This document shows positions 1 through 9,938 of a stretch of 64,000 bases of DNA, one piece after another (position 1 is the first letter of the stretch; every line of letters begins with the position of its first letter). Both the position numbers and the translations under genes were made by a program. The DNA is from an uncultured delta proteobacterium (GTDB lineage Bacteria; Myxococcota_A; Polyangia; Polyangiales; Houyiibacteriaceae), in assembly GCA_963753395.1 (NCBI GenBank), contig CAVWBW010000004.1, forward strand, positions 155,062 through 219,061, written 5' to 3'. Under the pieces are notes generated by a model. It saw nothing but the letters and a program-made list of their open reading frames with translations, ran no database searches and was not told the origin of the DNA.

Positions 1-519
1 CCGTTCAAGGGGCTTCGCATCGCCATCATGACGGTGTCGGACACGCGAACCGAGGAGACCGACAAGTCCGGCGCGCTCCTCGTGGAGCTCGCGCAAAAAG
101 CCGGGCACCACGTGATGGACAAGGTGATCGTTACCGACGATCGCAAGCGCATCGGGGTTCAGCTTCGCCGCTGGATCAACGAGCCGAACGTCGAGGTGAT
201 TCTCGCCACCGGCGGCACCGGCGTCACGGCGCGCGATGTCACGCCGGAGGCGTTTGAAGAAGTCTGGGAGAAGCCGATCCCCGGCTTCGGCGAGCTCTTC
301 CGCATGTTGAGCTACGAGAAGATCGGCACGTCGACCATTCAATCGCGCGCGTGTGCGGGTGTCGCGCGCGGGACCTATTTGTTCGCGCTTCCCGGTTCCA
401 CCGGCGCTTGCAGAGACGGCTGGGACGGGATCTTGAGGTACCAGTTGGACATCCGGTACAGGCCCTGCAACTTCGCCGAGCTGATTCCACGACTGACCGA
501 GGTTGGCTCAACGAGCTAA
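1..519 (+). CDS. moaB: Molybdenum cofactor biosynthesis protein B (5'-truncated by window)
   Basis: Frame open from base 1 ([16 protein letters not shown]); motifs [31 protein letters not shown] typical of MoaB. Confidence 0.93.
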   Translation, partial: PFKGLRIAIMTVSDTRTEETDKSGALLVELAQKAGHHVMDKVIVTDDRKRIGVQLRRWINEPNVEVILATGGTGVTARDVTPEAFEEVWEKPIPGFGELFRMLSYEKIGTSTIQSRACAGVARGTYLFALPGSTGACRDGWDGILRYQLDIRYRPCNFAELIPRLTEVGSTS

Positions 520-1863
520 CGCGCCGACCGGCACCGGCATGATGTTCCACGTCATTCGCGACATCGGGATGTCGCGCGTGAGAATGACTTCGCGCTTCGG
601 GCGGCCGCGGACCCAGACGTAGCGGCGGAGCTCGCCCTGTACGTCGGCCGCGACGTAGAGCTCATCGGTGCCGTCCCCATCGAGGTCCGTCAGGAGTGCC
701 GCGTGCTCGAAGCCTCCCGAATCGCGGTCGATGCTCTCGACGCCCCACTCCGACTTCGGATCCTTGCCCGGCCGCAGGAGCCAAAGGCCCTTGCTGAACG
801 ATGCGGCGACCATCTCCCTCTTTCCGTCGCCGTCGACATCACCCACCGTGAGAAAGCGGCAGAGCCGGTCGGGAATCGTCGCAATGATGACCTTGGCGTC
901 CGGCGCCGTGTCCGCATCGTAACGGCGGATTTCCACGGGCTCGACGATCTGAAGGTTCGAGCCACGGCCGGTGGTGAGCGCCTCGACCGCGACGTAGAGC
1001 TCGTCGGTGCCGTCCCCGTCGACGTCGCCGACGTAGATCTCTTTCGCGTGCCGCTTGCCGAGGTCGGCCACAATCGTCGGACCTTGCTTGTCCTTCGGGA
1101 CGTACCGGACGACCTCACCGTGCTGAGACTCGGCGTCGAGCTTGTTCGGCTCGCTCGGCGTAGCGTACACCTCGAGCGTTCCGTCCTTGTCGAGGTCCCC
1201 GATCTCGATCTCATGCACGAAGGTGTCGGGCTTCTGGTCGATGCGCTCGACCTTCCATTTCTTCGCCTGCTGGCGAAGCACCGCGACGACGCCTTGATCG
1301 TGAGTCGCCACCGCGATCGCGGGCGTGCCGTCCCCGTAGAGGTCCGCGATCTCGGCGTCGCGCATGCGGTTGAACTTGCCGCCGAACTCGGCGTGCCAGA
1401 GCGTGCTCGGTTTGAGATCATCTTTGTCGCGCCGCCAAAGCTTCACGTAGGCGCCGGAGCCCCCGAGCGTGAGTATGCCGGGCGCCTGGCCGCGCGGGGT
1501 CAGCAGCATCGCTTTGTGGAAGACGTTGCTCTGGGCGTCTTCGATCGTCTCCGTCTTCCATGCGCCGCCCTCGAGCGTGAGGATGTCGAGGCGGGCAGGG
1601 CCCGGCTTCGCGGTCGCCTTCCCATCGACGACCTGGAATTGCGAGTACGAGAGCAGCAGCCCGTTCGGGAGCGTGTCGCTTGCTTGCGCTGCCGGGGGCT
1701 GCTCTTCGGTCTTTGGCGTCTTCGTCGCAGCAGGGGCTTCGGGCTTCGCCTCTTCCGCTCGAGCCGCCGCCTTCTCTGCGGGCGGGCCCTCACCGGCCCC
1801 CTTGCAGCCGAGCAGGAAGAACAGACCAAGAGCTCCGAGAAGAATCACCGCGCGATGTCGCAT
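508..1863 (-). CDS. FG-GAP/VCBS repeat lipoprotein
   Basis: Lipobox-like LLGC, Pro/Ala linker, repeated GDxDxDG Ca-binding loops (GDLDKDG, GDVDGDG, TDLDGDG). Confidence 0.8.
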   Translation of the reverse strand: MRHRAVILLGALGLFFLLGCKGAGEGPPAEKAAARAEEAKPEAPAATKTPKTEEQPPAAQASDTLPNGLLLSYSQFQVVDGKATAKPGPARLDILTLEGGAWKTETIEDAQSNVFHKAMLLTPRGQAPGILTLGGSGAYVKLWRRDKDDLKPSTLWHAEFGGKFNRMRDAEIADLYGDGTPAIAVATHDQGVVAVLRQQAKKWKVERIDQKPDTFVHEIEIGDLDKDGTLEVYATPSEPNKLDAESQHGEVVRYVPKDKQGPTIVADLGKRHAKEIYVGDVDGDGTDELYVAVEALTTGRGSNLQIVEPVEIRRYDADTAPDAKVIIATIPDRLCRFLTVGDVDGDGKREMVAASFSKGLWLLRPGKDPKSEWGVESIDRDSGGFEHAALLTDLDGDGTDELYVAADVQGELRRYVWVRGRPKREVILTRDIPMSRMTWNIMPVPVGALAR

Positions 1864-2009
1864 GAGCGGTCGCTACCAACGCGCGAAGCTCCGCGCAAGT
1901 TGCTGACGCGACGCGAGCCTGGGCGAAGCCTCATGGCGACGGAGTCGCTCCACGGGGCCCATCAATTTGACCCTTTAGCGTGTAACAGGTACGGCAGGCC
2001 GAAGATCAA

Positions 2010-4949
2010 GTGAGCGCAAGTCCAAAGAAAATAGGCCTGTTCGTTCTCAAGCTCGTGTTCTCGGTCGGGATGCTGGTGTTCATCTTCCGCAAGGTGCTCC
2101 GGCGCGACGGTGCCGAGGACCTCTTCGCCCGCTTGAGCGAGCTTCATTGGGGCTGGGTCGTGGCCGCGGTGCTGATGCAGCTCATCGCGATCGGCTTCAG
2201 CACGGTCCGCTGGCAGCGACTTTTGGTCGGGCAGGGGATCTTCGCGTCGTGGCGCTTCCTCGGAGGCTCGATCATGATCGCCCGCTTCTGGGGCGCCTTC
2301 ACGCCCGGTGGCTTTACGGGGTTCGGCGGCTGGCGCATCTACGACGTCGCCAAGCACACGGGCAAGACCGCGCGAGCGACCGCGACGATCGGTGTCGAGA
2401 TGATCCTCGGCCAGCTCGCGTTCGGCGTGGTGGTCATGGCCGCGAGCCTCTTCGGGATGCGATTCATCGGGACCGACGGGGTGCTGCTCGTCAATGCGGT
2501 CTTCTTGGCGATCATCGTCGTGGGCTTGGCGTTCCTGGCACAGCCTCAGCTCTTCCTCTTCTTCACGCGCTTCGTCCCCGAAGGGATCCGTGCGCGCGTG
2601 CAGACGCTGATCGACGCCGTCGGCGCGTACCGGGGCAAGGCTGGCCTCCTGATTCAGGCCGCTGCGCTAGGAGTCGGGACGCACGCCTTCAACAACCTCA
2701 TCTACGTGTGCGCCGCGCGCGCGCTCGGGGTCGAGCTCAGCTTGGGCGAGGTGTTCTTTGCGTCGTCGCTTCAGATCTTGGCAACGCTAATCCCCGCGTC
2801 GATCAACGGCATCGGTCTTCGCGAGGCAGCGGCGGTCGCTCTCTACACCTCGCCCGCCATCGGTCTTCCGCTCGCGGTTGCGGTTCTGATTCCGACGCTC
2901 GGCTTTGCGTGCGAGATGTTCGTCTCGGCGTTCGGCGGGGTCATCTTCCTGCTGCGCAAGACCGGATACGACCCGAAGATCCGCGTCGAGGACCCCGACC
3001 GCGAGAAGCTCGTGGCCGAGGCGATTCCCAAGGCCCCGCGGGAGGCGTGGCCGCATCCGGTGCGCGGCCTGTTGGTGGGCTTCAGCGCTGGTGTATTTGG
3101 CGGAGCGCTGGTCGGGCTCGGTGAAGCGGCGGTCATCGCGCTCTCGTCCGCTGGCTCTACCGGCGCGCGGGTCTTCTTCTATGGACCGCTCGCCTATGCG
3201 CTGTTCTGCGGCGCGTTCGGGGCGGGGCTCGGTTTCGCGACGGCGCTCAGCGGCCGCTGGATGAAGCGCTACGCGCTCCCCGAAAAGGAAGCGTTCGGCT
3301 ATTTGGCCGCGGCCATCTTCGGCATGTTCGCCTTCGCCCTCGGCGCGTTTCGCATCCGTCGCGACCTCTTTCACGAGGAGCTCGTGTGGAAGAGCGCGAT
3401 TGGGCTTGGCGTTCTCCTCGGGTGCGCGTTCGTCGCGGCCGGCGTCAGCGCGCTACTCGCGCGGCTCCTTCGGAGCTTGGTGCAACGCCCCGGCTTCGCG
3501 CGAATCGCGCGCGCAACCACGGGCCTTGCGTTGCTCGCGCTGCTCGGCGCCGGGCTCGCCGTTGTGCTCGTCCTCGGGGGCCAAGGCGAGAGCCGGGGCG
3601 ACACGATCGCGGCCGGTGATGCGAACGCTTCCGGGAACGTTCTCTTCATCGTCATCGACACGCTGCGCGCCGACCATCTGCCCGTCTACGGATACGAGAA
3701 CGGCGCGACGCCGAACCTCGACGGCTTCGCAGAGGACTCCATCGTCTTCGACCAGGCGTTCACCAACTCGAGCTGGACCCGTCCGAGCTTCGCGTCCATT
3801 CTCACCGGGCGGCTGCCTTCGAGTCATGGCGTCATGGCGAAGAGCGATGCGCTGCCCGATGCGGTGACGACGCTGCCGGAAGTATTGAAACCGGCGGGCT
3901 ATGCCACGGGCGGCTACGCCACCAACTTCAACGTCGCTCCCTACTTCAACTTCCACCAGGGCTTCGACGAGTATGTCTTCCTCGAACCGGAGTTCGTGCT
4001 CGGCGCGGACGACGCAAGCGCAAAGCTCCTCCTCATGCAGTTCGTGCGACAGCGCATCGAGAAGCTTCGGGCGGCTTCGGGCGACGTTCTGCCGGGCACC
4101 GCGTACCAAGACGCCGCGACCGTCAACGCCGCGGTGACCGGCTGGATCGACCGACAGAGCACGGCTCCGTGGTTCTTGTTCGTCGGCTACATGGACCCGC
4201 ACGACCCGTATTTCGCACACCCCTACGATGGAAGCGGCTACGCGAGAGCGGCGCACCAGCACCCCGATGCCGAAGAAGCCGCGGCTCTCAGGAAGCTCTA
4301 CGACGGCGAGATCAGCTACTGGGACGCTGAGTTCGGGAAGCTCCTCGCTGACTTGAAGGAGCGGGGCCTCTACGACGAGCTCACGATCATCGTCACTTCG
4401 GACCATGGCGAAGAGTTCAACGAGCACGGTGGCTTCTGGCACGGCACGACGCTCTACGACGAGCAGGTTCGCGTGCCGCTCTTGGTGAAGCTGCCGCAAA
4501 GCCGCCGCGGTGGCACCGTCGTCCGGCATTGGGTCCAGAGCATCGACTTGATGCCGACGCTCTTGGGCGAGCTCGACGTCGACGTCCCTGAAGGCGTGCA
4601 AGGCGGCAACCTGTTCACTGGCACCGACGTCGTCTACGCGGAAGAGAGCCACGAGGGCAATGTGCTCGAATCGGTCCGCCACCTCGAGGGCACCGACGAG
4701 CACAAGCTCATCACCGCCAATCCGGACAACCCGCGCGGCCTCCGGCCGGTCGAGCTCTATCGCGTCGACCTCGATCCCGCCGAACGCGACAACCTGGCCG
4801 CGGCTTCGCCCGACCAGGTTCGAGTGGCGACCAAGGCTCTGCTCCAACAGCGCGCGCGGGCCAATCAAGATGCCGTTGCCGCAGACTCCGTCGAGCTCGA
4901 CGAAGACGTCGCCGCGCACCTCGAGGCGATCGGCTACATGGAGCGCTAG
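2010..4949 (+). CDS. Fusion of LPG-synthase-TM/flippase-like domain, further TM block and sulfatase/alkaline phosphatase superfamily domain
   Basis: N-terminal multi-TM region with RW..LL and IPASINGIGLRE motif; C-terminal NVLFIVIDTLRADH, SWTRPS, DPHDPY, TSDHGEEF, HGTTLYDEQ. Confidence 0.85.
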   Translation: MSASPKKIGLFVLKLVFSVGMLVFIFRKVLRRDGAEDLFARLSELHWGWVVAAVLMQLIAIGFSTVRWQRLLVGQGIFASWRFLGGSIMIARFWGAFTPGGFTGFGGWRIYDVAKHTGKTARATATIGVEMILGQLAFGVVVMAASLFGMRFIGTDGVLLVNAVFLAIIVVGLAFLAQPQLFLFFTRFVPEGIRARVQTLIDAVGAYRGKAGLLIQAAALGVGTHAFNNLIYVCAARALGVELSLGEVFFASSLQILATLIPASINGIGLREAAAVALYTSPAIGLPLAVAVLIPTLGFACEMFVSAFGGVIFLLRKTGYDPKIRVEDPDREKLVAEAIPKAPREAWPHPVRGLLVGFSAGVFGGALVGLGEAAVIALSSAGSTGARVFFYGPLAYALFCGAFGAGLGFATALSGRWMKRYALPEKEAFGYLAAAIFGMFAFALGAFRIRRDLFHEELVWKSAIGLGVLLGCAFVAAGVSALLARLLRSLVQRPGFARIARATTGLALLALLGAGLAVVLVLGGQGESRGDTIAAGDANASGNVLFIVIDTLRADHLPVYGYENGATPNLDGFAEDSIVFDQAFTNSSWTRPSFASILTGRLPSSHGVMAKSDALPDAVTTLPEVLKPAGYATGGYATNFNVAPYFNFHQGFDEYVFLEPEFVLGADDASAKLLLMQFVRQRIEKLRAASGDVLPGTAYQDAATVNAAVTGWIDRQSTAPWFLFVGYMDPHDPYFAHPYDGSGYARAAHQHPDAEEAAALRKLYDGEISYWDAEFGKLLADLKERGLYDELTIIVTSDHGEEFNEHGGFWHGTTLYDEQVRVPLLVKLPQSRRGGTVVRHWVQSIDLMPTLLGELDVDVPEGVQGGNLFTGTDVVYAEESHEGNVLESVRHLEGTDEHKLITANPDNPRGLRPVELYRVDLDPAERDNLAAASPDQVRVATKALLQQRARANQDAVAADSVELDEDVAAHLEAIGYMER

Positions 4950-5272
4950 GCTGTGCGGGGGGCGTGGCCCTGCGCAACGCTACCTTCTTTCAGTGTGCGG
5001 TGGACGAGGTAGGCGAGGGCGCCGATCGAGCCGAGCGTGAGAATCCCGATCACGTAGGGGGCGGCCGGGATGCCGCGTTCGCGGGCGTCGGGGATCATCC
5101 AGACCAGGAAGAGCGTGAGAGCGATGACTAGGTCGATGAAGATCTGGGCCCCCCAGCCGCCAGCCATGGCGAGCTCGATGAAGCCCGTGTAACCGTGGTT
5201 CATGACCACGATCGCGCTGTAGATCGTGAAGGCGGCGAAGACGGCGATGAGGGAAAAGGTTCGTAATTTCAT
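4946..5272 (-). CDS. Small membrane protein (DUF2834-like)
   Basis: ATG at 5272 with AAGGAGGT RBS; three hydrophobic segments, QIFIDL and DAR.RG..A.PY pattern. Confidence 0.75.
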   Translation of the reverse strand: MKLRTFSLIAVFAAFTIYSAIVVMNHGYTGFIELAMAGGWGAQIFIDLVIALTLFLVWMIPDARERGIPAAPYVIGILTLGSIGALAYLVHRTLKEGSVAQGHAPRTA

Positions 5273-5372
5273 GGGGACCTCCTTGATGTGCCTCACTCTG
5301 TTCCCCGCGGAGCCCACGGGCCATTACCTCGGAGGTCATCGGCAAGCCGAAAGCCGGCGTTAGACTCCGGAT

Positions 5373-6194
5373 ATGCCTACCGCCCTCGCCCCTGTCGGTT
5401 TCGGTCCGCTGCTTCGCCAATGGCGGAGCGCGCGCCGCATGAGCCAGCAACAGCTCGCCATCGAGTCCGAAGTCTCGACCCGCCACATCAGCTATGTCGA
5501 GAACGGCAAGTCCTCGCCTAGCCGCGAGATGGTGCTCATTCTTGCAAGCGCCCTCGACCTGCCGCTTCGCGAGCGAAACTCCTTGTTGTCGTCGGCAGGG
5601 TTCGCGCCCGTCTACCGGGAAACCGACCTCTCCGAGCCTGAGATGCTTCCCGTGCGCCACGCCTTCGATACGATCCTCTCGCACCACGAGCCCTATCCAG
5701 CCATCGTGCTCAACCGCGCTTGGGACCTCGTGAAGATGAACGACGCGTTCACGCGCCTCTTCGCGTTCTTCCTCGAGCCACCCTTCGATCCGATCGTCGG
5801 GCAGAACGTCATGCACTCCTTGTTTCATCCACAGGGCGTGCGCCCTTACGTCGAGAACTGGGACGAGGTAGCCGGCTTCCTGATCGATCGACTCTATCGC
5901 GAGTCGATCACCGAGCTCGAAACCAGTGAGAGCCGCAAGCTGCTCGATGCGCTCCTCGGGTATCCGGGCGTGCCATCCGGGATGGCCGAGATCGACCTGG
6001 CGACTGCACCGCGCGTATGTGTCACGGTCAATCTCCGAAAGGACGACACGCGGCTCCAACTCTTCTCGACGCTCACCACGCTCGGCACCCCGATCGACGT
6101 CACGGCGCAAGAGCTACGCATCGAATCGTACTTTCCAGCCGATGAGGCTACCGGCGAGTGGCTCCGAAAAGCGGCAGCATCCGCCGCAAACTAG
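5373..6194 (+). CDS. XRE-family HTH regulator with MmyB-like ligand-binding domain
   Basis: LRQWR..RRMSQ..LA..VSTRHIS.VE.GKS.PS HTH; HEPYPA and ELRIESYFPAD motifs; divergent from small membrane gene. Confidence 0.88.
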   Translation: MPTALAPVGFGPLLRQWRSARRMSQQQLAIESEVSTRHISYVENGKSSPSREMVLILASALDLPLRERNSLLSSAGFAPVYRETDLSEPEMLPVRHAFDTILSHHEPYPAIVLNRAWDLVKMNDAFTRLFAFFLEPPFDPIVGQNVMHSLFHPQGVRPYVENWDEVAGFLIDRLYRESITELETSESRKLLDALLGYPGVPSGMAEIDLATAPRVCVTVNLRKDDTRLQLFSTLTTLGTPIDVTAQELRIESYFPADEATGEWLRKAAASAAN

Positions 6195-6217
6195 GCTAAG
6201 GTTCTCGCGAGTCAGGG

Positions 6218-7708
6218 ATGGAGTCTCTCGCCGCGGTCGACCTGGGTTCGAACAGCTTTCACATGGTGATTGCGCGTGTCGATCACGGAGGCGTTCAGAT
6301 CGTCGACCGCATCCGTGAGCCGGTCCGCCTGGCCGCCGGTCTTCAGGAAGGCGGTTGGCTCTCGGAAGAAGCGGAAGAACGCGCGATCGCGTGTCTGTCG
6401 ATCTTTGGCCAGCGCCTTCGCGAGTTCGGCGCAGAGCAAGTGCGCGCCGTCGGCACCAATACGCTGCGCCGGGTTCGCGACTCTCACCGCGTGATCCACG
6501 ACATGAGCGAGGCGCTCGGGCATCACATCGAGATCATCACTGGGCGCGAGGAAGCGCGCTTGATCTACCTCGGTGTGTCGCATGGCATCGCGGGCGCCCC
6601 TGCCCGGAGGCTCGTCGTCGACATCGGCGGCGGAAGCACGGAGTGCATCATAGGCGACGCCTTCGAGCCCGTGTCGGTGCACAGCTTGTTCATGGGCTGT
6701 GTCGGGTTCACCGATCAGTTCTTCCCGGACGGCAAGATCAGCCGCAAGCGCATGAACAACGCGAAGATCGCAGCCGGCCTCGAGCTTCAACCGGTCGAGG
6801 CGCGACTCCGTCAGGAAGGTTGGGAGCGCGCGATCGGCGCATCGGGCACCATCCGCTCCATCGCCGAAATCTTGCAGGAAGCCGGGTGGGCGCATGGGAC
6901 GATCAACGCAGAGGGGCTTGGCAAGCTCGAGCAGGTGATTCTAACGGCCGGAAGGCTCGACAAGCTGGAGCTTGCTGGCCTCGAGGCGGACCGGCGCCCC
7001 GTGCTCGCCGGCGGCGTCGCGATTCTGAGCACGGTGTTCGAGCGCCTCGGCATCGACGAGATGTACGTCTCGCCGACGGCCCTTCGCGAGGGCTTGCTCT
7101 ACGACATGCTCGGCCGCCTTCAGGATGAGGACCCGCGCGACCGGACGATCGCGATGCTCGCCAAGCGATATTCGATCGACCAGGCGCACGCCGATCGGGT
7201 CCAAGCCACTGCGCTTGGGCTCCTCGGGCAGGTCGTCGACGATTGGGATTTGCGCTCGGAAGATGCGGCGCACGCGCTTGCATGGGCGGCCCAGCTTCAC
7301 GAAATCGGCCTTGCGGTCAACTACACAGGCCACCACAAACACGGCGCCTATTTGGTCGCATCGTCTGATTTGCCGGGCTTTGCGCGTGACGAACAGGCGC
7401 TCGTGGCGGCGCTGATTCGGGGCCATCGGCGCAAGCTCGACAACGGGTTCTTCGCGAAGCTCCCGGAGGAAATGCAGCAGCCCGCGAAAAAGCTCTGCAC
7501 GTTGCTACGCCTTGCCGTGCTGCTCAACCGCAACCGCGATCCCGAGGTCGTCTCGCTGCCACACGTGAGCGCGAGCGACCACAAGCTCAAGCTCAGCTTC
7601 AACGAAGAGTGGTTGGACGCGCACCCGCTCGCGCGCGCCGACCTCGAACGCGAGCAACGCCGGGTCAAGCCCATCGGCTTGAGGCTCACCGGTTTCGAAA
7701 CGGAGTGA
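6218..7708 (+). CDS. ppx: Exopolyphosphatase Ppx/GppA
   Basis: AAVDLGSNSFHM, EEARLIY, DIGGGSTE, ALREG, C-terminal LHEIG and HHKHGAY. Confidence 0.93.
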   Translation: MESLAAVDLGSNSFHMVIARVDHGGVQIVDRIREPVRLAAGLQEGGWLSEEAEERAIACLSIFGQRLREFGAEQVRAVGTNTLRRVRDSHRVIHDMSEALGHHIEIITGREEARLIYLGVSHGIAGAPARRLVVDIGGGSTECIIGDAFEPVSVHSLFMGCVGFTDQFFPDGKISRKRMNNAKIAAGLELQPVEARLRQEGWERAIGASGTIRSIAEILQEAGWAHGTINAEGLGKLEQVILTAGRLDKLELAGLEADRRPVLAGGVAILSTVFERLGIDEMYVSPTALREGLLYDMLGRLQDEDPRDRTIAMLAKRYSIDQAHADRVQATALGLLGQVVDDWDLRSEDAAHALAWAAQLHEIGLAVNYTGHHKHGAYLVASSDLPGFARDEQALVAALIRGHRRKLDNGFFAKLPEEMQQPAKKLCTLLRLAVLLNRNRDPEVVSLPHVSASDHKLKLSFNEEWLDAHPLARADLEREQRRVKPIGLRLTGFETE

Positions 7709-7714
7709 TGCCCG

Positions 7715-8182
7715 ATGGACTTGTTCCTGATTCGACACGCGATCGCCGAAGAGAGAAGGGCAGACCTCCACGACGCCGACCGCGAGCTCACCGACAAGGG
7801 GCGCGCCCGATTCGAGGCAGTGGTGAAAAGCCTCGGCCGCGCGGGTTTTTACTTCGACGGCGTCTACCACAGCCCGTGGCTCCGCGCGGCGCAGACGGCG
7901 GAGCTGCTCGAGCCGATCACCGAGGGCCCGTTCATCGAGACCGAGGAGCTCGCCCAGGCCCCCCGCGCCGAGTTCTTCGCCTCCCTCGAGGGTCAGAAGC
8001 TCGCATGTGTCGGCCACGAGCCCTGGATGAGCGACGCACTCTCTCTTTTGACGACAGGCGACCCAAACACGCTCTCGGTCCGCTTCAAGAAAGGCGGCGT
8101 AGCCTGGCTCCGAGGCACCCCCCACCGAGGCGCCATGGAGCTCCGCGCCCTCCTCCCCCCAAGGGGACAGGCTCCCCGCTAA
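7715..8182 (+). CDS. sixA: Phosphohistidine phosphatase SixA
   Basis: LFLIRHAIAE, SPWLRAAQTA, VGHEP, FKKGG motifs. Confidence 0.88.
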   Translation: MDLFLIRHAIAEERRADLHDADRELTDKGRARFEAVVKSLGRAGFYFDGVYHSPWLRAAQTAELLEPITEGPFIETEELAQAPRAEFFASLEGQKLACVGHEPWMSDALSLLTTGDPNTLSVRFKKGGVAWLRGTPHRGAMELRALLPPRGQAPR

Positions 8183-8188
8183 AAAACC

Positions 8189-8200
8189 CTGTAATTACAG
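8189..8200. promoter_or_regulatory. Perfect 12-bp palindrome CTGTAATTACAG, possible operator
   Basis: Self-complementary AT-rich site in the intergenic region upstream of the DUF1592 operon. Confidence 0.3.
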
Positions 8201-8298
8201 TTACTTGACTTCTGCAACGCGGATTCTCGTCGCGAAGCTGGTGAGCAATCACACTTTAGGGTGAAAAACGCTCGACCGAGCTTGCCCGGCCTGGAATA

Positions 8299-9936
8299 TT
8301 GATCGGGATGTTCTCACGGATCGCGGGGGTGATCGCGCTTGCCGCGCTGGGCGCTTGCACAGGCGACATAGGTCATACGAGCAGCCCTGGAACCGGGGGC
8401 AGCGCCGGGCCGCCGTCGGTTGACCCGCTTCTCGCGATGGAGAGCGGCGCGCGAAGGCTCACGCAGGTCGAGCTCGACAACACCCTTCGCGACTTGGTCG
8501 GCGAGGACACCGCGCCTGCGGCCCGCCTCCTCAACGAGGACGAGTTCCGTCCTTTCGACAACGACTACACGATTCAGCAAGCGTCCGACGCGTTGGTCAC
8601 CTCGCTCGAGGTGCTCGCCAAGCAAGTCGCGGAGCGTGCGGTCGACGACCCGGCGCGGCGAGCCGCGCTCGTTCCGTGCACGCCCGCGAACGACGGAGAT
8701 GGGCAGTGCTTTCGAGAGTTCCTCGCTTCGTTCCTCCCGCGCGCGCTTCGGCGCCCGATCACCGCGGAGGACATCGACACCTACCTGCCGTTGCTCTCGT
8801 TTGCCTCGGAAGACAACGCCGTCGTCGACAACGATTTCTACACAGCGATCGAGCTCGTCATCTCCGCCGCCCTACAAGACCCAGAGCTTCTCTATCGTGT
8901 CGAAGAAGGCACGCCCGGTAGTGAGCCAGGGTTGCTCGATCTTGGCGACCACGAGATCGCCAACCGCATGTCGTATCTCCTCTGGGCGACGATGCCGGAC
9001 GAAGCGCTTTTCGCAGCCGCGGCCGACGGAACCCTCGGCACCCGGGAAGGCCGCCGTGCCGAAGCCCTACGAATGCTTGCCGACGACAAGGCGCGCGCAC
9101 AGCTTCATCGCTTCCATTCAATGTGGCTCGGATACCGATCGATTCCGCACACTCCGGAACTCGTCGCCGCATTCAACCGCGAGACCTCCGCGCTCATCGA
9201 TCGCGTCATACTGGACGAGCCTGGCAGCTATCTGCGTCTCTTCACGATGGACGAGACCTTCGTCGACGACGCGCTCGCCGATCACTATGGCCTCCCGCGC
9301 CCTGACGGCGGACAAGGGTGGGTCTCGTACGAGGGGTCCGGGCGCGCTGGGATCCTCGGCCATGGCGCGATGCTCGCGGCCTTCAGCAAGTTCGAGGATA
9401 CGAGCCCTACGCAGCGCGGCATCCTCGTCAGGACGCGGTTGATGTGCGAGGACGTGCCTCGACCGCCGCCCAACGTAGACGCCGACCAGCCTCCGAGCGG
9501 CAGCATGGACGCGGTCTGCAAGTACGAGCGCTACGCCGAGCACCGTGACCAGTCGAGCAGTTGTGCAGGCTGCCACAGCCTGGTGGATCCAATCGGCTTC
9601 GGTCTCGAAAACTTCGACGTCGCCGGCCGCTACCGCGAGCATGACGACGGCCTGCCCGAATGCATCATCGAGGGCTCGGGCGAGATCGTCGGCGTGGGCG
9701 AGTTCAATGGCCCCGGCGAGCTTTCCGAGCTCCTCGTCGACAACGACTACGTCGACGCATGCGCCGTCAAGCAGTTCCTCACCTTCGCGCTCGGTCGCGA
9801 GACGACGTCGTACGAGGGTGCGCTCTTGCAGGAAATGACCGAAGCGTTTCGCTCGGGCAACCACGACTTCAAGACCTTCATCGTCGATTTCATTGCGTCG
9901 GAGCGCTTCGCGCGACGCGCAGAGGAAAGGCTCTAA
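8299..9936 (+). CDS. DUF1592/DUF1588-family (PSD/PSCyt) lipoprotein
   Basis: RRLT..E.DNTLRDL, SPTQRG, CAGCH heme-type motif, DPIGFGLENFD..GRYR. Confidence 0.88.
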   Translation: MIGMFSRIAGVIALAALGACTGDIGHTSSPGTGGSAGPPSVDPLLAMESGARRLTQVELDNTLRDLVGEDTAPAARLLNEDEFRPFDNDYTIQQASDALVTSLEVLAKQVAERAVDDPARRAALVPCTPANDGDGQCFREFLASFLPRALRRPITAEDIDTYLPLLSFASEDNAVVDNDFYTAIELVISAALQDPELLYRVEEGTPGSEPGLLDLGDHEIANRMSYLLWATMPDEALFAAAADGTLGTREGRRAEALRMLADDKARAQLHRFHSMWLGYRSIPHTPELVAAFNRETSALIDRVILDEPGSYLRLFTMDETFVDDALADHYGLPRPDGGQGWVSYEGSGRAGILGHGAMLAAFSKFEDTSPTQRGILVRTRLMCEDVPRPPPNVDADQPPSGSMDAVCKYERYAEHRDQSSSCAGCHSLVDPIGFGLENFDVAGRYREHDDGLPECIIEGSGEIVGVGEFNGPGELSELLVDNDYVDACAVKQFLTFALGRETTSYEGALLQEMTEAFRSGNHDFKTFIVDFIASERFARRAEERL

Positions 9937-9938
9937 GC

